Positions 21,010 to 36,000 of a DNA stretch of 64,000 nucleotides are shown piece after piece. Source of the stretch: Amoebophrya sp. A120 (Eukaryota; Protista; Dinoflagellata); assembly GCA_905178155.1 (NCBI GenBank), contig CAJINV010000004.1:1-64000 (forward strand), read 5' to 3'. The translations under genes were made by a program, and so were the position numbers. Within the stretch, counting starts at the first letter, position 1; every line of letters begins with the position of its first letter. The notes beneath the pieces were generated by a model, which ran no database searches, was not told where the DNA came from, and saw only the letters and a list, made by a program, of their open reading frames with translations.

Positions 21010-24000
21010 ATGACCCCGTCTCTTGCAAAAGTGGTCCCGCTGGTGCAGCCAGCACCACCGCCACCCCCACCACCAACGCTGCTTCAAGTCCAACAGCAAT
21101 CACCCGGTGCTCCTGGGGCCGCGGGTATCAAAAGCAAATATGTCTGGGTCTGGAAGAGTGGAAGATCAAGATTTGTCATGCAGGTTTTCCATGACGACCC
21201 ATGAGGTCTGTAATGCATGGTCTAGCATTCAACGTTTGTAAGAATAACCCAACAAGGCAACGCTGGAGCTCCACCTTGCTCGCGGGCTTGGCTGGTAAAG
21301 CAGGTCAGCCACATCTAGCGCCCACTGGCCGTATGCACGCGTAAGAAATCGGAAACGGTTCGGCGGATGCGGTCGGGTGGTACCTGTAGGACGTGGAACG
21401 GGTGTCCACCTAGGGGTATTGGCAGAGGCTAAGCCTGTTCTAACGCCACGGTATTGGCAGAGGCTAAATCTGTTCTAACGCCGCCCTGACAGGAGTTAAA
21501 GGTCAAAGCGATACGATACGACGTGGCAAAAACTGGACTCCTCTTGTTAGTCATGCAATACAGATTTTTTTGGAATCCAAAGACAGCTTCACAAGTTACC
21601 ACCTTCAAGATGACCCAGACGCTTTTGCATTTGATAGCGGGAGGCGCAACACAACTGAATCGGTCCGGCTCGTCCCATATGCATTGCAAAAGCATCGTAC
21701 TAGTATAAATCGCATGACAAATTTCCTTAGCATGAGAAATGAGATTTGTAATGCGGATTTACCTTGAGGATGAGATTTGTAATGCATGAATGCGATTAGT
21801 ACGAGTACGATACTTTTGCACAGGATATCCCATCATGCGCTGGGCGGTTCTTCACATCAGCAGCCACCCGGCGCTCCAGCTATCGAGAGGAAAAATCCCG
21901 CCTCCCCATATTGACAAGGTACGTTTTCGAAAATTTGCGTTGCTGATTTGTGGCCACAGATCGTCTCGGTGTTGCATGAAGGCAAATCGTCCACAGGCTC
22001 CGCCGCATTCTACGGGCGGCTTGTCATGCTCATGCTCCTACAGCGTAGACGTCTGCCATGCTAAGCGAGCCAAGACCTGTCTTCTCAGGCTTGGCATGGG
22101 CCTGCGGTCCTTACCAGCAAGACAGATCTGATTTGTGTACGCACGCCCAGCGTCAGAAACTTCGTTTTGCTTATAAGGAGGGGGGATTTTTCATTCTGAT
22201 ACCAGCGCGGTCCTTCTCATCCGGGAGGAAGAAGCCGCAGCTCTATCCTGTGCAAAAGCATCGTATTCGTATAAATGCAAGTCTTGCATTACAAATCTTT
22301 CTTTTAAGGCAAATCAGCATTACAAATTTTATTTCTCATGCTGAGAAAATTTGTAATGCATTTATACGAGTGCGATACTTTTGCAGTTCATAAGCTCCGA
22401 AGGCAAGCAACGTATCCTGTGCAAAAGTATCGCGCTCGTATTGCAATCATGCATATACTAATCGTAATCTTTTTCTTAAGGTAAATCAACATGACAGATT
22501 TTCTTGTTTCTCATGCTGTCTGAGGAAATTTTTGTATAGTGCATTTATAATACTAATACCACGAGCGCGATACTTGTTTTGCAAGTCATACGACGAGCGC
22601 GAATTTGATTTTTGGCATCGGCTACAGCAAGACCGCCACGGAGCACATGGACAATATCAAAAGGAAAAATCCCCCCTCCCCATATCAAAACGAAGTTTCT
22701 GATGCAGGATTTGCGTACACAAATAAGATTTGTCTTGCTGAAGAGGAATGCAGCCCCATACTAAGCCTAAGAAGAGAGGTTCTGGCCTAGGCGTCTAGTA
22801 TGAGAAACGTCCGTGCTGTAGGCCCATCAGCATCACAAACCGTCTGCACAATGCTGCGGAGCTTGTGGAGTTGCCTTCTTGCAAGACAGACGTGATTTGA
22901 GGTCTCAAATCAGCAACACAAATTTCCGGAAACATACCTTTTCGGTATGGGGAGGGGGTATTTTTCCTCTTAATAGACAACGAAGCGTCTTCCTCATCTG
23001 CGTGGTCTACTATTCTGAGCAAAAACGGAGTACCCACACCAGAGTCAAGATGGGGGTGTCGAAACACAAACCAAAAGTTTTGGGTGTCGCGCATGACAAG
23101 CTCCTCTCTGTATTGTAATGCAGTTTAATAGCAAGTGCAGCAGTATCACAACGCTATCTACGTAATATCCTGTTTACAGCATTGCTGCAATGCTGTAGTC
23201 GTGTTTTGGAATCAATTTGCAATTTGCAAATTGATTCCAAAACACGACTGGAAATGCCTCATCTCATGGAGATGCGCATTGCAAATCTTCCGGTCATTGC
23301 GCATTTGCATGACAATTCAGGGGTGGGGACGTTTTTACACAGGATAGGGTCTTCATCTTCCTCATCCTCCTCCGAGCTGTCATGCTCATCCAGCATATTT
23401 TGTGCAAAAATATCGTACTCGTAGTATATTGCATTTATGCATTACAAATCGAAATCTCTTTCTCATGGCAAATCAGCATTACAAATTTAATTTGTGATGC
23501 TGGGCTAATTTGTAATGCAATTTATGCTAGTACGATGCTTTTGCATTGCATACAGCAGCGAGGAAACTGATGACGGCCGTTTTTCAGAGGGTCAGAGTTG
23601 TTCTCATGTTGGTGTTGAGTCACCACGACGACCTCGCGGTCCACAGAGTGGTCGAGGTGTTGATTGTGATTCAGTTTCAGGGAGTACTAGTCGTCGGGAG
23701 ATGATGAATATTTGTGGACCCAAGCGTGGTCAATACGCGGAGCAAGGGCCGCAAGACGGTGACGGCAGGGCCAAAATAATACCCGCAGAGCAGACCACCG
23801 ACAGGGGTGCTGACGCTGACGAGGCCTGTTTAATGACCAGTGGGCCGGTTTCGCGCAGCGGGGCACCACTTGGACAGAACAAACTACGCAATAAGGGAAA
23901 GAAAGGCACAAAGCCAGGTAGTACAACGGCGCTTTCCAAAAATCACGATGTTCTTGCTGCTCCGAGGGAGGAATCGTCGAGAGGTTTTTGGCAACATCTA

Positions 24001-27000
24001 TGTTCTTTCCCCACGACCAGCGGTGCGCCGGCTGCTGGTGCTTCATCTTCACCTGGAGGCGCAATTTCGTCAAGTTGCTGCACTACTTCTACAACTTTCG
24101 GAACGAAGATTCAGTCGGTTTTGCGCTGCGGGCGGACTCTGATGACGTCGTGCATGGTGGCGCTAGCAGCTCCTAATGGAGGAAGAAAGAATTCTTCAAA
24201 TAAAGCGGACTCATCATCCTGTTGTGGATGGTTTTCGTTTTCCGGCCAGTCCTGCTGTTTGGCCGCGCCACGACAACTCTTGCTATCGCAAGAAAAAAGC
24301 GTTACAGTTACACATTGTGTTGCAGGCCAAGCAAGACAGACAAGCTCTGTCTTGCCGGATATGCATAGGAGCCTCGTTTCATGGGTGTTTTCCCGTAGAA
24401 ATTCTGCATTACCTCTCATGCAGAGAAATTTGTGTTGCTGAATTCACGTACAAATGTGTAACTGTAACACTTTTTTCGTGGGATACTTGCTGTACCCATT
24501 TTATTATCTGTTCCGGGATGACCACCAGACGCAGAGGAAGAACGGCTATGGATTGCAAAAATGTCTGGGTCTGGAAGATTGCAACTTGCCATGCTAAATC
24601 CGAATCATGCAGAAATCTGTGTTGCATGAGTGGCAAAAACTGTCCACTTTCGACCAAGTTTGGAGAGAGTTTCTCATGCAGGATAGGCATGTCAGAGACC
24701 TCACAGACTCTGTCATGCTAGGTCCCGCATTCCAGACCTCATGGGTCATGGAAAACCTGCATGACAAGTTTACACTCTTCCAGACCCAGACATTTTTGCA
24801 TTTGATAACGGCAGTAGCAAGACTACAAAATCGCGCAAATCCTCGCGCTATCAAATGCAAAAGTGTCTGGGTCTGGAACAAGATTCCGAAATTTGTCATG
24901 CTAGTCTGGCATGACTCTGAACTCTGTATTGCATGGGCGCGAAGAGCTCCTTCTCCCTGTCATGCAAAGATGCAGTTTCTCATGCAGAATACGAAACTCA
25001 GAACCATGAAAAAAACTTGTTATTCCTGGCAGCGCACTACAGTGAGCTCACTATTGCCTTCCTTGCATCACAAGTTTCCAGACCCAGACACTTTTACATT
25101 TGATACGCGCCCGAAATGGATGGACAGCATCGTGCTGAAGTACTGTCCCTACTGGCTATCCAGGACAAAACACCCATCCCCATCCATTTTTTGCATGACA
25201 AGCACGGGACTTTATGCATGCTTTGCATGACAAATTGGATGGGGAGGGGTGTTTTTTTCTGGATGCTGGCGTATGGTTCTCTACCCCTGCTTGCTGTTCC
25301 ACCAACTGTGCCGAAAAAACACGAAGCTCACCTATCAAATGCAAATATGTCTGGGTCCTCTGGGAGATTGCAAGATTTAATGTCGTGCTAGTCTGGCATG
25401 ACTCTGAGCTCTGTATTGCGTGTCCGCGAGGAGGTCCTCTTGGCTGTCATGCAAATAAAGCGCAGTTTTAGTTTGTCATGCGGAGTACGCAACTCAGAGC
25501 CCCCGCGGAAAAACTTGTCATGCTTGGCAGCGCATTGCAGTGTGCTCACAACTGTTCCCTGCCTTGCATCACAAGTTTCCAGACCCAGACATACTGATTT
25601 GCAGTTGATATCACCGGCTGGCGAGTGATTTACCTGCTCGACTTTCTCGCGATCTGGGTTACGCTCACGATTCAGCAGCCCCGGCTGTTTGATTTGATGC
25701 ACGAATTTTACTTTCACTCGCCGGAGTGCAGGAGCCAAGGTGGGGTAGGAGTGGAGGACGAGGAGGTCGACAACATCAGCACTACAACTGGACGTCGAAG
25801 CACCTCCACCACGACAACTGCTGCCTCAACATCCTCTTCTTCCAACGCAATGGCAAGCGCAAGCATGAGAGATTCGTCGACGACCGCCCAGAGCTATCCA
25901 GGAAAAAACACCTTCCATTTTTTGCATGACAAGCACTGCAGTTTATGCATGTTTTGCATGACAAAGACAAATTGGATGGGGCTGGGTTTTTTTTCCTGGA
26001 TAAGAGCAGTTCCACTTCCTGTTCCGGTTTCGATTTGTTTCTCCACGTGCTGGTGCTGCAGTTCTTCAGCCACATGAGCTTCCGCAAGGGGCTACAAATG
26101 TTCACCTACCTGAGCCTGATCTGTGCTTTCATCCGCGCCATTCACATGTGCGTCCGCCTGTCCATGTTTGTCGTGGAGGCCTGCGACGAATACTTTCAAG
26201 ACTTCACGATGAACGACGACGAGGATGAGGAAGAAGTAGACCTTATCAAAACGAAAAATCTTCCCTTCACCCCATATCAAAACAAAATTTCTAATGCTGG
26301 ATCTGCATTTGGATACACAAATCATAATCAAAATTGTGATGCAGTAGAGGACTGCACACAGAACAGATACAGATCCTCAGCCTAGGTAGGGGCCTCTTGT
26401 TGTAGGCGCCTAGCATGGTAGACGGCTACCCTGTAGACCTTACAGCATTACAAATCGCCTGCGTATTAACGTGGCGGACAGCTGCCTGAGTGTGCCGCCT
26501 TGCAACACTCACCCGATTTGTGGCCACAAATCTGCATCACAAATTTTCAGCAGGAGGATGCGGCTTCAATATGGGGCGGGGGGACTTTTCCTAATGATAG
26601 CCCTCCACCACGGGGCAACATCTTCTATTGATCTTCATCATGGTGAAACTGGAATTCTGGATGGGGATCATGAGACAACATTTGCTGAGGAACATGGACA
26701 AAATGGACAATATCGAGATGAAGTAGGCGGTATTTTTGCGCAGGAGCAAGCTACGCACCCTGGTCCTGGTGTTGATATCTTTGCGGCCAACTACACAGAC
26801 GACCACCAGGACGAACGCGGGGAGGGGCACCACATTGTCCCGCAGGGACTGCTGGTCCGCTCTGCTTCTGCCGTTTCGAGAACAAGAACAGGAGAGCAGT
26901 ATGAGGAGCCGACTCTAGGACGTCGTCGAGAAGGTCAGGCTACATCAAGAACAACAGCCGTTGACCCTACATACAGGAGCAGGGAAGAACTTGCCCCTGC

Positions 27001-30000
27001 GCAGCTGCAGGAGCAAAGTGTAGTGGACTTGCTTTATAAAGGTTGCGGAGAGCAGAGAGCAGACACATCAACGAGGACGGTAAAGGCGACGGATGAAGTT
27101 GAAGCTACCATAGACCACAAGTCAGCATCTGTTTCCACAAGCGCGGCGCATGGTCGACCTGCAAGCGGATACGACGGCCCAGCTGGGACAAGCTGCGAAG
27201 ATGTTGGAGGAGCATCGACCTCTTTGAGCCGCCCCGTGTCGGGCGAATTCTACTTTCCCGGTGGTCGGGCCCCTGTGGAACAAGTTCCTTCTGGTACAGC
27301 ATTTGTTTCTGGTGGTTTTGACAACACAAAAACAGCTCCTGTAGACGTCGAGCCACACCTGATAATACGAAGGGCCAACTCGGCCTACTCTTACTCGTCC
27401 AGCACCTCCACGGCGCGCCCCGGAGCAGGTGCCCCTCCTCCACGTGCAGGAGGTGGGCATCAAATGATGGCGGTAGGAGCTCCATCAATGATGTCTAGCA
27501 CGACCGGGACTTCGAACAAAGGCTTTCGCAAGTCGAAAAGCACTACCACGCCTGGAGGTGGTCCGTTCGCAGGAGGTGCAGCTGCACCAGTCGCGACTAC
27601 TTTTTGCACCAGCTACAAACATATGCATTGCAAAAGTATCGCACTGGCACGTACGTAATAATTGCAGAATACAAATTCGCATTCGCCTAGCATGACAAAT
27701 GGAATTTGACATCGGGATTTAAGTACCTTGGGAGCGAGATAATTTGTATATGCTTGATTGCAATTACAAGTGCGGTACTCGTTTTGCAGTGGATAAAGCA
27801 GATGCGCAAGCAGGCGATCGAGTCCAAGATCTTGAAGCGTGAAGGTGGTGCTGGTGGGACGACAAGCGCGGGCGCGAGTGGCGGTGCCCTTCTTGGAATA
27901 AGCAGCTCATCTTCCGGTGGCCCGACTTCGAACGGCATGACGAGTCAGGCACTTGTTCTAGCGAGCTCCGCATCCGGGCGGGTATCAAATGTAAAAATGT
28001 CTGGGTCTGGAAGAATGCAACTTGTCATGCTAAGTCTGAAGCATGCACAAATCTGTCTTGCATGATTACCAAAAGTCTTCCAGTTTTGACCAAGTCGGGA
28101 GGGAGTTTCTCATGCAGGATAGGCATGAGAGAGATCGCACAGAATCTCTCATGCTAGGTCCTGCATTCCAGACCTCATGGGTCATGGAAAAGCTGCATGA
28201 CAAATCGCGCATTCTTCCAGACCCAGACACTTTTGCATTTGATAGCGGGGTCGTAGTGGCAATAAAGCGAAAAAGAAAAAGAAGGAAAAGAAAGAGAGAA
28301 ACCGCAAGTCCGCTCGTCGAGAACAAATGTTGGCGGCCCCCGCGAAGATGACTGACAGGAATTATTACTACAGGGCTGAAAATCTGGATATGGCGTTCTC
28401 AAACGTTACATTCTCAACTGTTACATGGATTTGTCATGCAAAAGCACCTTAGGGCGGCAGATGATCTAGCTGCTTCGCATGACAAATTTCGGGAGGGCTA
28501 GACAGCATCTAAATCTGCGCCAAACTTGTAATGCAAGAGGCGCAATCTTCCTCCTTTCAATTTTGCCAGTCTTGCATTACAAATCCATGTTGTAACAGTT
28601 GAGAATGTAACATTTGAGAACTCCATACTGGACCCGTCGAGGACTTCCTCTGTCGGAGCGGCAGGCAGTCCGCCTCGTCTCGGTGGCGGCGCGGCAGGAA
28701 ATCATTATCCAAGAAAAAAACGTTGTTAGTGTAAATTTATGATGCGCAACATGCAAAGTGATTGCGTCTGTCATGCTTGGCAAGCATCGTAGGGTCCATT
28801 ACAGGGCGTTTTCACGTACTAGCTGCGCATGACAGGTTTCTGCTGTCATGCCAGACAAATTTGTAATGCTGTTCCTCCAAAAAAGTTACACCTACAATGT
28901 TTTTTTCTTGGATAATCATGCCACGAGGAATACTGCTAGTGCGGCCGCTGCAAAAGCTGATGTTGAGCCCCCTCCGCCCGCAGCGGGGGGTGGAAGAACA
29001 GCGACTACGTCCTCGAACAAGAGAAAATCCAGTACGAATCAAAGGAAGACCGACCACGTGAGCAACAAGCAGCAAGTAGCACTTGGGCTCGACAACTCCG
29101 ACAACTACACAGATGAGCCCGAAGAACTGCGTCTGTCTAGCCAAGGAGCGCTGTCAGCGTCAAGCGGCGTGGCCACAGATGACTCCGAGTCCGAAGCAGA
29201 TGATGAAGATGTCGACTATAGTTCATCTTCTCCTTCCTCCAGTATCCGGCGCATCAAAAGTTAAAGTACCGTACTAGTTGTAGAAATCGCATTGTTCTTC
29301 GCATGAAAAATTTCCGCAGCATGAGAATTGTATATGCGGACTTACTTACATGCCTGACTGCAAGTAGTTCGAGAGCGATACTTTTGCAAGGCATATCTGC
29401 GAAGACGGACGAAACCGATGACCTGGCCGCGGCGATTTTGTTCTCGGGCACGGAAACCAGGAGACGCATGCAAGAAAATGAAGAAAAGAAGAAACTGAGT
29501 ACTAGAGAGGCTCAAGAACAGGAGCACCAGGGCGGTTTTGGGATGTTGAAAGTGGTTTGTTCATCTGCTCGTGCTGCGCAAGAAGCGGACAGTAGATGCA
29601 GTGCTCCGACGGAGCGTGGACGAAGTCGAACTTGTACCGCCCAGCCTGCTCCTGAGGTTCTTGTACAGGAACAAAATGTAAATGGTTCGAGTTGTCGTCC
29701 TGCTGGCCGCGCCGCTCAAGAACATCTCTACGAGAACGAGCCCTCCGCCGTCCTCCGCGCCGCCCAGTCCACTCAAGATCCGAGTTCTTGTCCTCAGACG
29801 AACGACACGAGCAACGTGCTGAAAATGAAGAACGAGGACCCCGAGCAGGAGGAAGATACTGGTGTTTTTCTAATGGTAAATGCGGATGTGGAGCTCGATC
29901 ACAACACGACCGCGACTACGATTGTCCGGACGGTGACGCCCCCCGCCTCGTCCTCGCCCCACATGGCCTACTGCCCTTCGTCGTCCTCTGCAAGGGCTGG

Positions 30001-33000
30001 TGCTGCTGCTGTAAGCGCAGCGGTTCCCCTCCTGGTTGGCACCGTGCCGCCTCCCACGGGAAATGCGGTGCCGCGCAGCTCGTCGAGCAGAGCTACTGTG
30101 GAGATGCACAGTGTGGAAGACCACCCGGTGTGGCGGGGGGGTGGTGCCACTACTTCTGCGGGAGCCGCCAGTGGCACTGTGGTGCGATCCTCGCAGCACC
30201 TGTACCGAGGTGTCGAGAAGCAAATGGAGGAAGTGATGAAATTGAAATCGCAAGCAGAAAAGGAGAAGCGCCGGCGAAGTGGAAAGACCAAGAACGAAAA
30301 ACCGAAAGACAGCACCGCGGCCGCACGGCAGGAGGACGTCGCGCGCGACCAACTTCAACTTCATCCGTCCAAAGACATCACGACACCTCCCCCGGGGACC
30401 GACGGCGCAACTGGAGGAACTGCCGTAGTGACGAAGATGAATAGCGGCACTGTAGTCTCGTCCCCAGTTAGAAGTTCTTTGTCCTCTTCGCCAGCAGATA
30501 ACGACCATAACACGAGCCTGGCGACCGAGAGAACCGCGACTACTACATTCGCCACGGTAGTACCACCTTTTGGGGGAGCAGCAGCAGGAGCAGCTGCACC
30601 TGCTAGTACTACTGCTACCAACACAAAAACGCCCTCGAAGAAGATGCTGCTGCACCCCATCGCGCAGAAGCTACTCAGCAACCTGTACAGGGACGTGGTC
30701 AGCCGGAGCGGCTCTCTGATTCTGACGAATCACGACGACGGAGGTGGTGGTTCCTCAGGAAGTAGTACTCCGAGAAGCAGTACTTCCACCACGTCGCCGT
30801 CGGTGAAGAGTGGTAGAGAACTACAGGGAGTTCTTGTGGGTCCTCGTCCTTGTCGACCTGATGTTCATCTTCCGGAGGCAACCGCAGAAGTGGTCATGGT
30901 TGTGCAGCATCAAACCAGAGAGGACGAGGACGACGATGTGGTCTTCTCTGATGAAGCTAGTAGAAGAACTTCTTCTTGTTCTAGGAATCAGAACAAGAAT
31001 AAAACTGAGCCTTTTAGTTTTATTCCACCAGGCAACGGAGACGTAGTGCCTGCTGAAGGAGGTAAAGCTTGTTCTTCGCCTTCCGAAGATACGACAAATA
31101 AGACCACCACGGAGACGAGGTTCTTGTACGACAAAATGAGAGCACCGCCACCGAGAAGCGGCTCTTCCTTGGTGTCCGCGGGATCTTTCCTGACGATGAA
31201 GAAGCGCTCGAGTAGAAACAGCCTCTCGTCTATGAGATGAGTCAACAACTCCCCCTCTCCCTCATTTGTCATGCAAAATACCCAATCCACCCGTCCCGTT
31301 GCGTCTGGGCCTGGGGACTGTTTGCATGACAAGTTCTGGTAGCCCAAATAGCATATTAGCCCAGTGCAAATTTTTTGTCATGCACAACCGGCGCTCTTGC
31401 TGATGCTTGTAGTGCCGTTCATGCTATACAAATGAGGGGGAGGGGGAGTTGTTCACTGTTATATCGTCCGAAAATTTCAACAAGCTGACCGGGTCCCGAA
31501 TCTCCCGGGCGTCGTCGCGGGGCAGTAGAAAGCTGAGCGTCAGCCTTATGGAAGCGTCAGGATCGAAATCAACAAAATCGAGAAGATAATTTGTGATGCA
31601 TAAAATCGATACCTCCAGTTGGAGCCTCAGTTTCCAACGGGCGCATGACAAATTTCGGGAGCACCTAAATCCGGCGCGTCGCGCTGTTTGGGAAAAGAAG
31701 ACTGCTCCTGTCATGCTACTCTGACCACAGCGCATCGCCTGCTTTCCCTGAACAGGCTTGCCATCGGTCTCATTTGCCTGCTCCCCAACACAGGCCGTAC
31801 GTGCCCTACATTTTATGCATAATTGCAAACTTTCAGTAAATTGGATTTTGTCGATTTGGATCCTGACACTCCCATATGCCTCACCGCCCAGGACATGCTC
31901 AGCGAGTCGCGAAAATCCTCAGGAATTTTTTCGGACATGTTCCCGTCGGGGGTGGACGAGGAAAATGGAAATCCAAATGCGGATGAGATGGAGGACCGAC
32001 AGCACTCCGAATCATGCGTCGACCGAGCGGAACAACTGCTGCAGGCCGAAGTAGAGGCGCAGGCGCACGCGGCCAGGCTCGCCGAAGAGATTGCGAGATC
32101 GCAGGAGCGCCGGAAGAAGAAGGAACGGAAAGAACGGAAGCGGAAGAGTTCTTGCAGGAATAAATCTTCTCTGTCTACTTCCGACAGAGCAGAAAGCAAT
32201 CGCCACTGCACGGACCGCTCCAAGATGAACATGGGGGGTGCGCAGACGCCACGGTTCGGCACCAGTGGGTTTTGGCAGAGCCTGCAGGCCGGCAAGCGTT
32301 CCCTGTCTAGTGGAACAAAAAAGCTGTGGATGAAGACTTCGCGCAGTATTTCCTCTCTCACGGGAGCTGGCCTCGGAGGCGGCAGTGGTGCAAATGCCAC
32401 CGCGGCATCGGCAAGAAGTAGAGGTACTACAAAAAATAAAAGCGATAGAGCGAGCCAGACGCTGAAATCGAAAGGAAGCAGCAGCGATGGAAAAAAGAAC
32501 AAAAAGAAAGTACAGCACGGGTCGGCAGATGCGGGGGAGCTGACGGCGGTAGTGGTCGTGCAACCAGATAAGCACGAAGATAGCAGTCGTGCAAATAGCA
32601 GGACCATGAAGATGCGCGTTCTTGATGAGAAGAGAGCGGGTCATCTTCCTGCAGCGACGTCGGACCACCTGTCTAATTCTAGTACTGCACGCACCAGTTC
32701 TTGCAAGAAGTGTTGTACAACTTCTCAACAGCTGGTCGCTGCACTCGCTCGTTTATGCTGCACAGCTTGGCTCTTGTTTTCTCGGCTCTTGACCTCCAGA
32801 AACAAAGATTGTGGACGGAGCAAAAATTGTGCTGCTCGTGCTGTCGAATGTAAAAAAACGAAAAAGCGTGCTGAACGTAGCACAAGTTGTGGCAGAAGTA
32901 GAGCTACACATGATCCTCAAAAAATCGACGGCAAAAACGATCTCCAAGGCTCTGACGACGAAGCCTCCGCAGCACAACTGTTGAACTCCAGCAACACGAA

Positions 33001-36000
33001 GCCGAGCTTTCTGATGCTTTTTCAGAAAATGAAGTACGTTAGGGCGGCGCAACATCAAACGTCTAATACCACGGAGAACATGTTTCATCGCAAGGGCCTC
33101 TCGGCGAACGACCGGCGCCAAAATGTTCTCATATCATGAGAAAAAAGTGTTACAGTTACACATTTGTTGGAGTTTCTGCATCACTGTGGCAGAGAAAACC
33201 TGTAATGCGAAGATCATAAGGGCAAACAGGAAGGAAATGAGGCTCCCAAGCGTTTCCTGCATGAGAAAGGTTGTCTGTGTTGCCGTTGTTGCAACGCAAT
33301 GTGTAACTGTAACACTTTTTTCTTCCCATATCTCACGAAAATTCGCCAGTACGTGAGCGATAAGAACCGGCAGGTCGTCGATTTCTTCCGATCAAAAAAC
33401 ACGGAGAGCCAGGTATCGTATTTCAAAACGTCCCCACCCCAGAGTTGTAATGCAAATCTGCATGTTCAGAATGAATGTTTCTCATGCGGAGCCCCATGAG
33501 AAGCATTTTCTAGTCGTGTTTTGCAATTTCTTGTCATGCTCCAATCTGCATGATATACTAGATCTGTGATGCTGCTGAGCTAGCTCAAACAGCACTACGC
33601 TACGAGTCCAAATTTGTCATGCAAAACAGCCAAAGCTTGTGGATTTGTCTAGCCGATTCGCCATCTTGACTATGGGGCGGGGACGTTTTTACATAGGATA
33701 CCAGGAGGTGGAGGACGGGACTTCCTACTCGTTCAAGATCCTCATCATCAAGCCGATCAACCACACGGCCATGGTTTTCCTGTTGTGGCAGGCCCTGATG
33801 ATCGCCGGTTACGGTTCCGGAGCCGCCCTCTGGGTGTTCGACCGAGCGGACTGTAGTCGTGGCCGGCTGGATGAGGCGGGGGTGGAACAACCAAGTGGTA
33901 CAAGTGGAGCTACCACTTCCACCGAGGAACAGCACCCGGAATACGAGGTGCCGCTCTGGTTCGGTGTGCTGTACAGCGTGTTTGTGATTCTGCCGGTGTC
34001 TACCAAATACAAATATCAATATGTCTGGGTCTGGAGGAGTGCAAGACTTGTTCCTATGGGCGACGTTTTGCATGATCCATAATTATGTCAGCGATGTATG
34101 CCTTAGCATCGCAGATTTTTAGAGGGCTGCTTGGAGTCTATATTCCGCATCGATGAGAATAAACTCCCCCTCCGCGTAGCACAAACAAACTGGCCTCTTC
34201 TCGTGATGCTGGCCATGCAACACAAATTCTTTTGGATTCCGAAGGCAGCATCGCAAGTTGCAACCATGTTCCAGACCCAGACATACTTGCAATGCATAGT
34301 TTCGCTCTACGTCAGTCTCGTGGTCAACGCTGTGTTCCTCGCTCTGATCTTCAGCTGGCTGCTCAGGGAGCGGATTATCACCTGAAAATCAAAATTAATC
34401 TCCATTGTTCCTATCTTCCAAAAATTTATCACACAATACATGGAGTAGGGCTTTTGTCATGCAAAAAAAAGTAGATGGGGTTGGGGACGACGATGGTCGG
34501 TTTTCAGGGAATGCGGATCTTTGAGCAGTTGGGGCAGCTCCGACTGCTGGGACAGATAGTGGGCAGCACAGATTTCGGGCGTGTTTCCTCGTCTTTCGGA
34601 ACTTCTTGTTCTTCCGTATCAAATGTAAAAATGTCTGGGTCTGGAAGAATCCGAACTTGTGATGCTGCATTTGGATAGTAAAAAAATCTGTATTGCATGA
34701 CCAGCAAAGGGAATGCATTTTTGGCTACGCGGAGAGGGCATTTGTCATGCGGAATAGGTATCACGAAGCCCTCAAGAAGTCTGTGATGCTAGGGCATGCA
34801 TCACAGACATCATGGCCCATGCAAAACGTGCATGACAAGTTTCAGAATCTTCCATACCCAGACATTTTTGCATTTGATATTCCGGGGTTGGGAACATCAA
34901 CATGGCGATACAGCAACCGAGCACAGCGAGGCCGCCCGCCCTCGTTCCACAACATCCAGGCTGTTCTTCAACGGATTTTATCCTATGTAAAAACGTCCCC
35001 ACCCCATGCCCACATAGATTATGCTTCTCTTCTCGTCGTAGTTCGTTCTCCCCTCTTTTTCATCTGAAAATTTGAAGTTTCTCTGTGCTTTAATTTGGTC
35101 TTTCCAGTACATAAACACCCCATGCCCACAGTCAACATGGGGAATCGGCTAGACAAATCCACAAGGTTTGGCTCTTTCGCATGACAAAATTGGAATCGTA
35201 GTGTAGTACTGTTTTAGGTAGTTCAGCAGCATCACGCATCCAGATACCATGCTGATTGGAGCATGACAAATTTCAAAACGTGAATAGAAAATGCTTCTCA
35301 TGGGGCTCCGCATGAGAAACATTCTCAGCATGCAGATTTGCATATGCAACTATGAGGTGGGGATGTTTTTAAATGCGATAGATTTCGGGCGTGTTTCCTC
35401 GTCTTTCGGAACTACTTGTTCTTCCGTATCAAATGTAAAAATGTCTGGGTCTGGAAGAATCCGAACTTGTGATGCTGCATTTGGATAGTAAAAAAATCTG
35501 TATTGCATGACCAGCAAAGGGAATGCATTTTTGGCTACGCGGAGAGGGCATTTGTCATGCGGAATAGGTATCGCGAAGCCCTCAAGAAGTCTGTGATGCT
35601 AGGGCATGCATCACAGACATCATGGCCCATGCAAAACGTGCATGACAAGTTTCAGAATCTTCCATACCCAGACATTTTTGCATTTGATATTCCGGGGTTG
35701 GGAACATCAACATGGCGATACAGCAGCCGATCACAGCGAGGCCGCCCGCCCTCGTTCCACAACATCCAGGCTGTTCTTCGACTCCTAGGGACTGTTCTTC
35801 TCCGTGGGAAGTTTGTGTGCCGTTGCAGACTTTCCCTTTACAGAGTTATGAGCCCAAAACATAAGTAGAACTAGAAGTAGCGCCGTCATACATAAGTAGA
35901 GTAGCATCAGTAGGCTAGAACTATGAAGGGCACTCGCAACCAAGGCGACGAAGCAGTAACAGTCACAGCCAGTAGTAGGCTGACAGGCAAGCAGCAACAG

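Larger units (their letters stand above)
34571..35780 (+). repeat. In-frame tandem duplication (~400 bp: exon + family A introner + exon)
   Basis: 34571-34969 is nearly identical to 35381-35779. Confidence 0.92.
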
